A DNA stretch of 64,000 nt from Leucoraja erinacea (taxonomy: Eukaryota): contig NC_073405.1 of the NCBI RefSeq assembly GCF_028641065.1, positions 14,508,001 to 14,572,000 on the forward strand, in the 5' to 3' direction. The notes beneath the pieces were generated by a model, which was given only the letters and a program-made list of their open reading frames with translations, searched no databases and had not been told where the DNA came from. Both the position numbers and the translations under genes were made by a program. Numbering within the stretch: position 1 is the first letter of the stretch; every line of letters starts with the position of its first letter. Below are positions 62,831 through 64,000 of the stretch, piece by piece.

Positions 62831-63555
62831 ATCCTCACTCAGCACTTGCCTCTCCCTCCACTCTTTTGAGTCATTGCTTCCAGCACAGATCTCAACGGGC
62901 TCTTTCCTCGCCTTTTGCAGACACTTTGAGACGTCCTGTACTTTATCACCAGTCAAACAATGCGCCTCTTGAAATGTCAAACGTGCTGTTGGGCCACCTT
63001 TTGATCAGCCCCCTGAGATCTGGAACTTTTCTAAAATTCACCACCAGCCATCACACTCCCTGGTGCTGGGACTGAGCATTCCCCCATCATCTGCTCCACG
63101 GGTATTATATTGTCAGACAGCACCAGAGTCTGTGCTGCCTCCTCCTAGGCCGAGCTGTTAATCACACCCTCCTCTTCCTATACTCTCTACATGAGTAACT
63201 GAATGATCCAGATGTTTTTGTATTTTTATCTCACCTCCTGTCTTAAAAATGCAAGCTGCTGAGACAATTCCACAGAGAGGTGGATAGTAGTGATGACCTT
63301 TACAAAACATCCCTTGCCAGTGTGTGTTCCCACGAACCCCACCATGTCTGTAAGAGTATCGATGGAAAAAAATAGCATGTACATTCTTAAGATGGCGACA
63401 TTGATATGATGTACAAAGACCAATCTTAGCCCCTCCTGAACAAGACTCTCAAATTATGCTGTATAATGTTAAGAATGTGGCTACATCATGTTGAACCGAT
63501 AAGGTGTGTGAGTTTGACTTCATTCCATTCTGAAAGGATGAGTCAGAGACAATTG

Positions 63556-63668
63556 GTGTGTGTGCGTGTGCGTCTGTGTGTGCGTGTGCGTCTGTGTGCA
63601 GTTTGCATGTTTGCATGTGTGTGTGCGTGTGCGTCTGTGTGCAGTTTGCATGTTTGCATGTGTGTGTG
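63556..63668. repeat. Compound (TG)n-derived repeat with ~44-bp duplication
   Basis: gtgtgcgtgtgcgtctgtgtgcagtttgcatgtttgcatgtgtgtgt occurs twice. Confidence 0.9.
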
Positions 63669-64000
63669 CCACAATATAAGTGGACTCCAAAGAGACCACT
63701 AAAATGGCAGCTTTTGGACCAGGCCTTCAGTAAAGCAGAATCTACCCTCTCAGCTAAATGGAAAGAACTGAGAAGAGGAAGAATAGAAATTCTACAGTAA
63801 AAGAGCCAGGGTAAAATGGTACCGACACCGTCAGCATCCACAGTTCCCACCCCGTCCTGCCTTGTCCTCAATATTCTACCATGTATGGCCTCAGCATCAA
63901 CAGAATAGAAGTGGTCGCTGCAGTAAAGCACAGGAGGATTCTTCCCCCAATCCCCACTTCTGCAGTAAGCTACAGATGACCAGGATGTGGATTGACAGAG

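Noticed and set aside
63449-63931. 160-aa minus-strand ORF at the window end as part of a neighbouring gene
   Set aside because: No recognisable motif and it runs through a (CA)n repeat. The region could be UTR, but this cannot be supported.

Overview
Repeat-rich vertebrate genomic DNA, most likely from a cartilaginous fish (skate/ray). This is inferred from HE1/V-SINE-like SINEs, CR1 with (TTCTATGT)n tails and abundant Penelope remnants. One host gene is supported: a minus-strand MISP-family gene (AKAP2_C-type C-terminus) with four phase-compatible coding exons (34265-32150, 28808-28651, 27884-27846, 25413-25324). Its start exon is unresolved; a CpG-rich candidate promoter/first exon lies near 49.8-50.1 kb. 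The rest is mostly nested transposons: CR1, Rex1/Babar, L2, RTE, Penelope (GIY-YIG), non-autonomous Helitrons, hAT and Harbinger MITEs. The most notable signal is a family of ~95-130 bp Penelope-derived modules carrying a minimal hammerhead-ribozyme-like core (CTGAAGA-A-hairpin-GAAAC-GTH). About 15 copies are visible, several as stand-alone insertions with their own 6-13 bp target-site duplications. Family names come from motif recognition, not database searches, and boundaries of old repeats are approximate.
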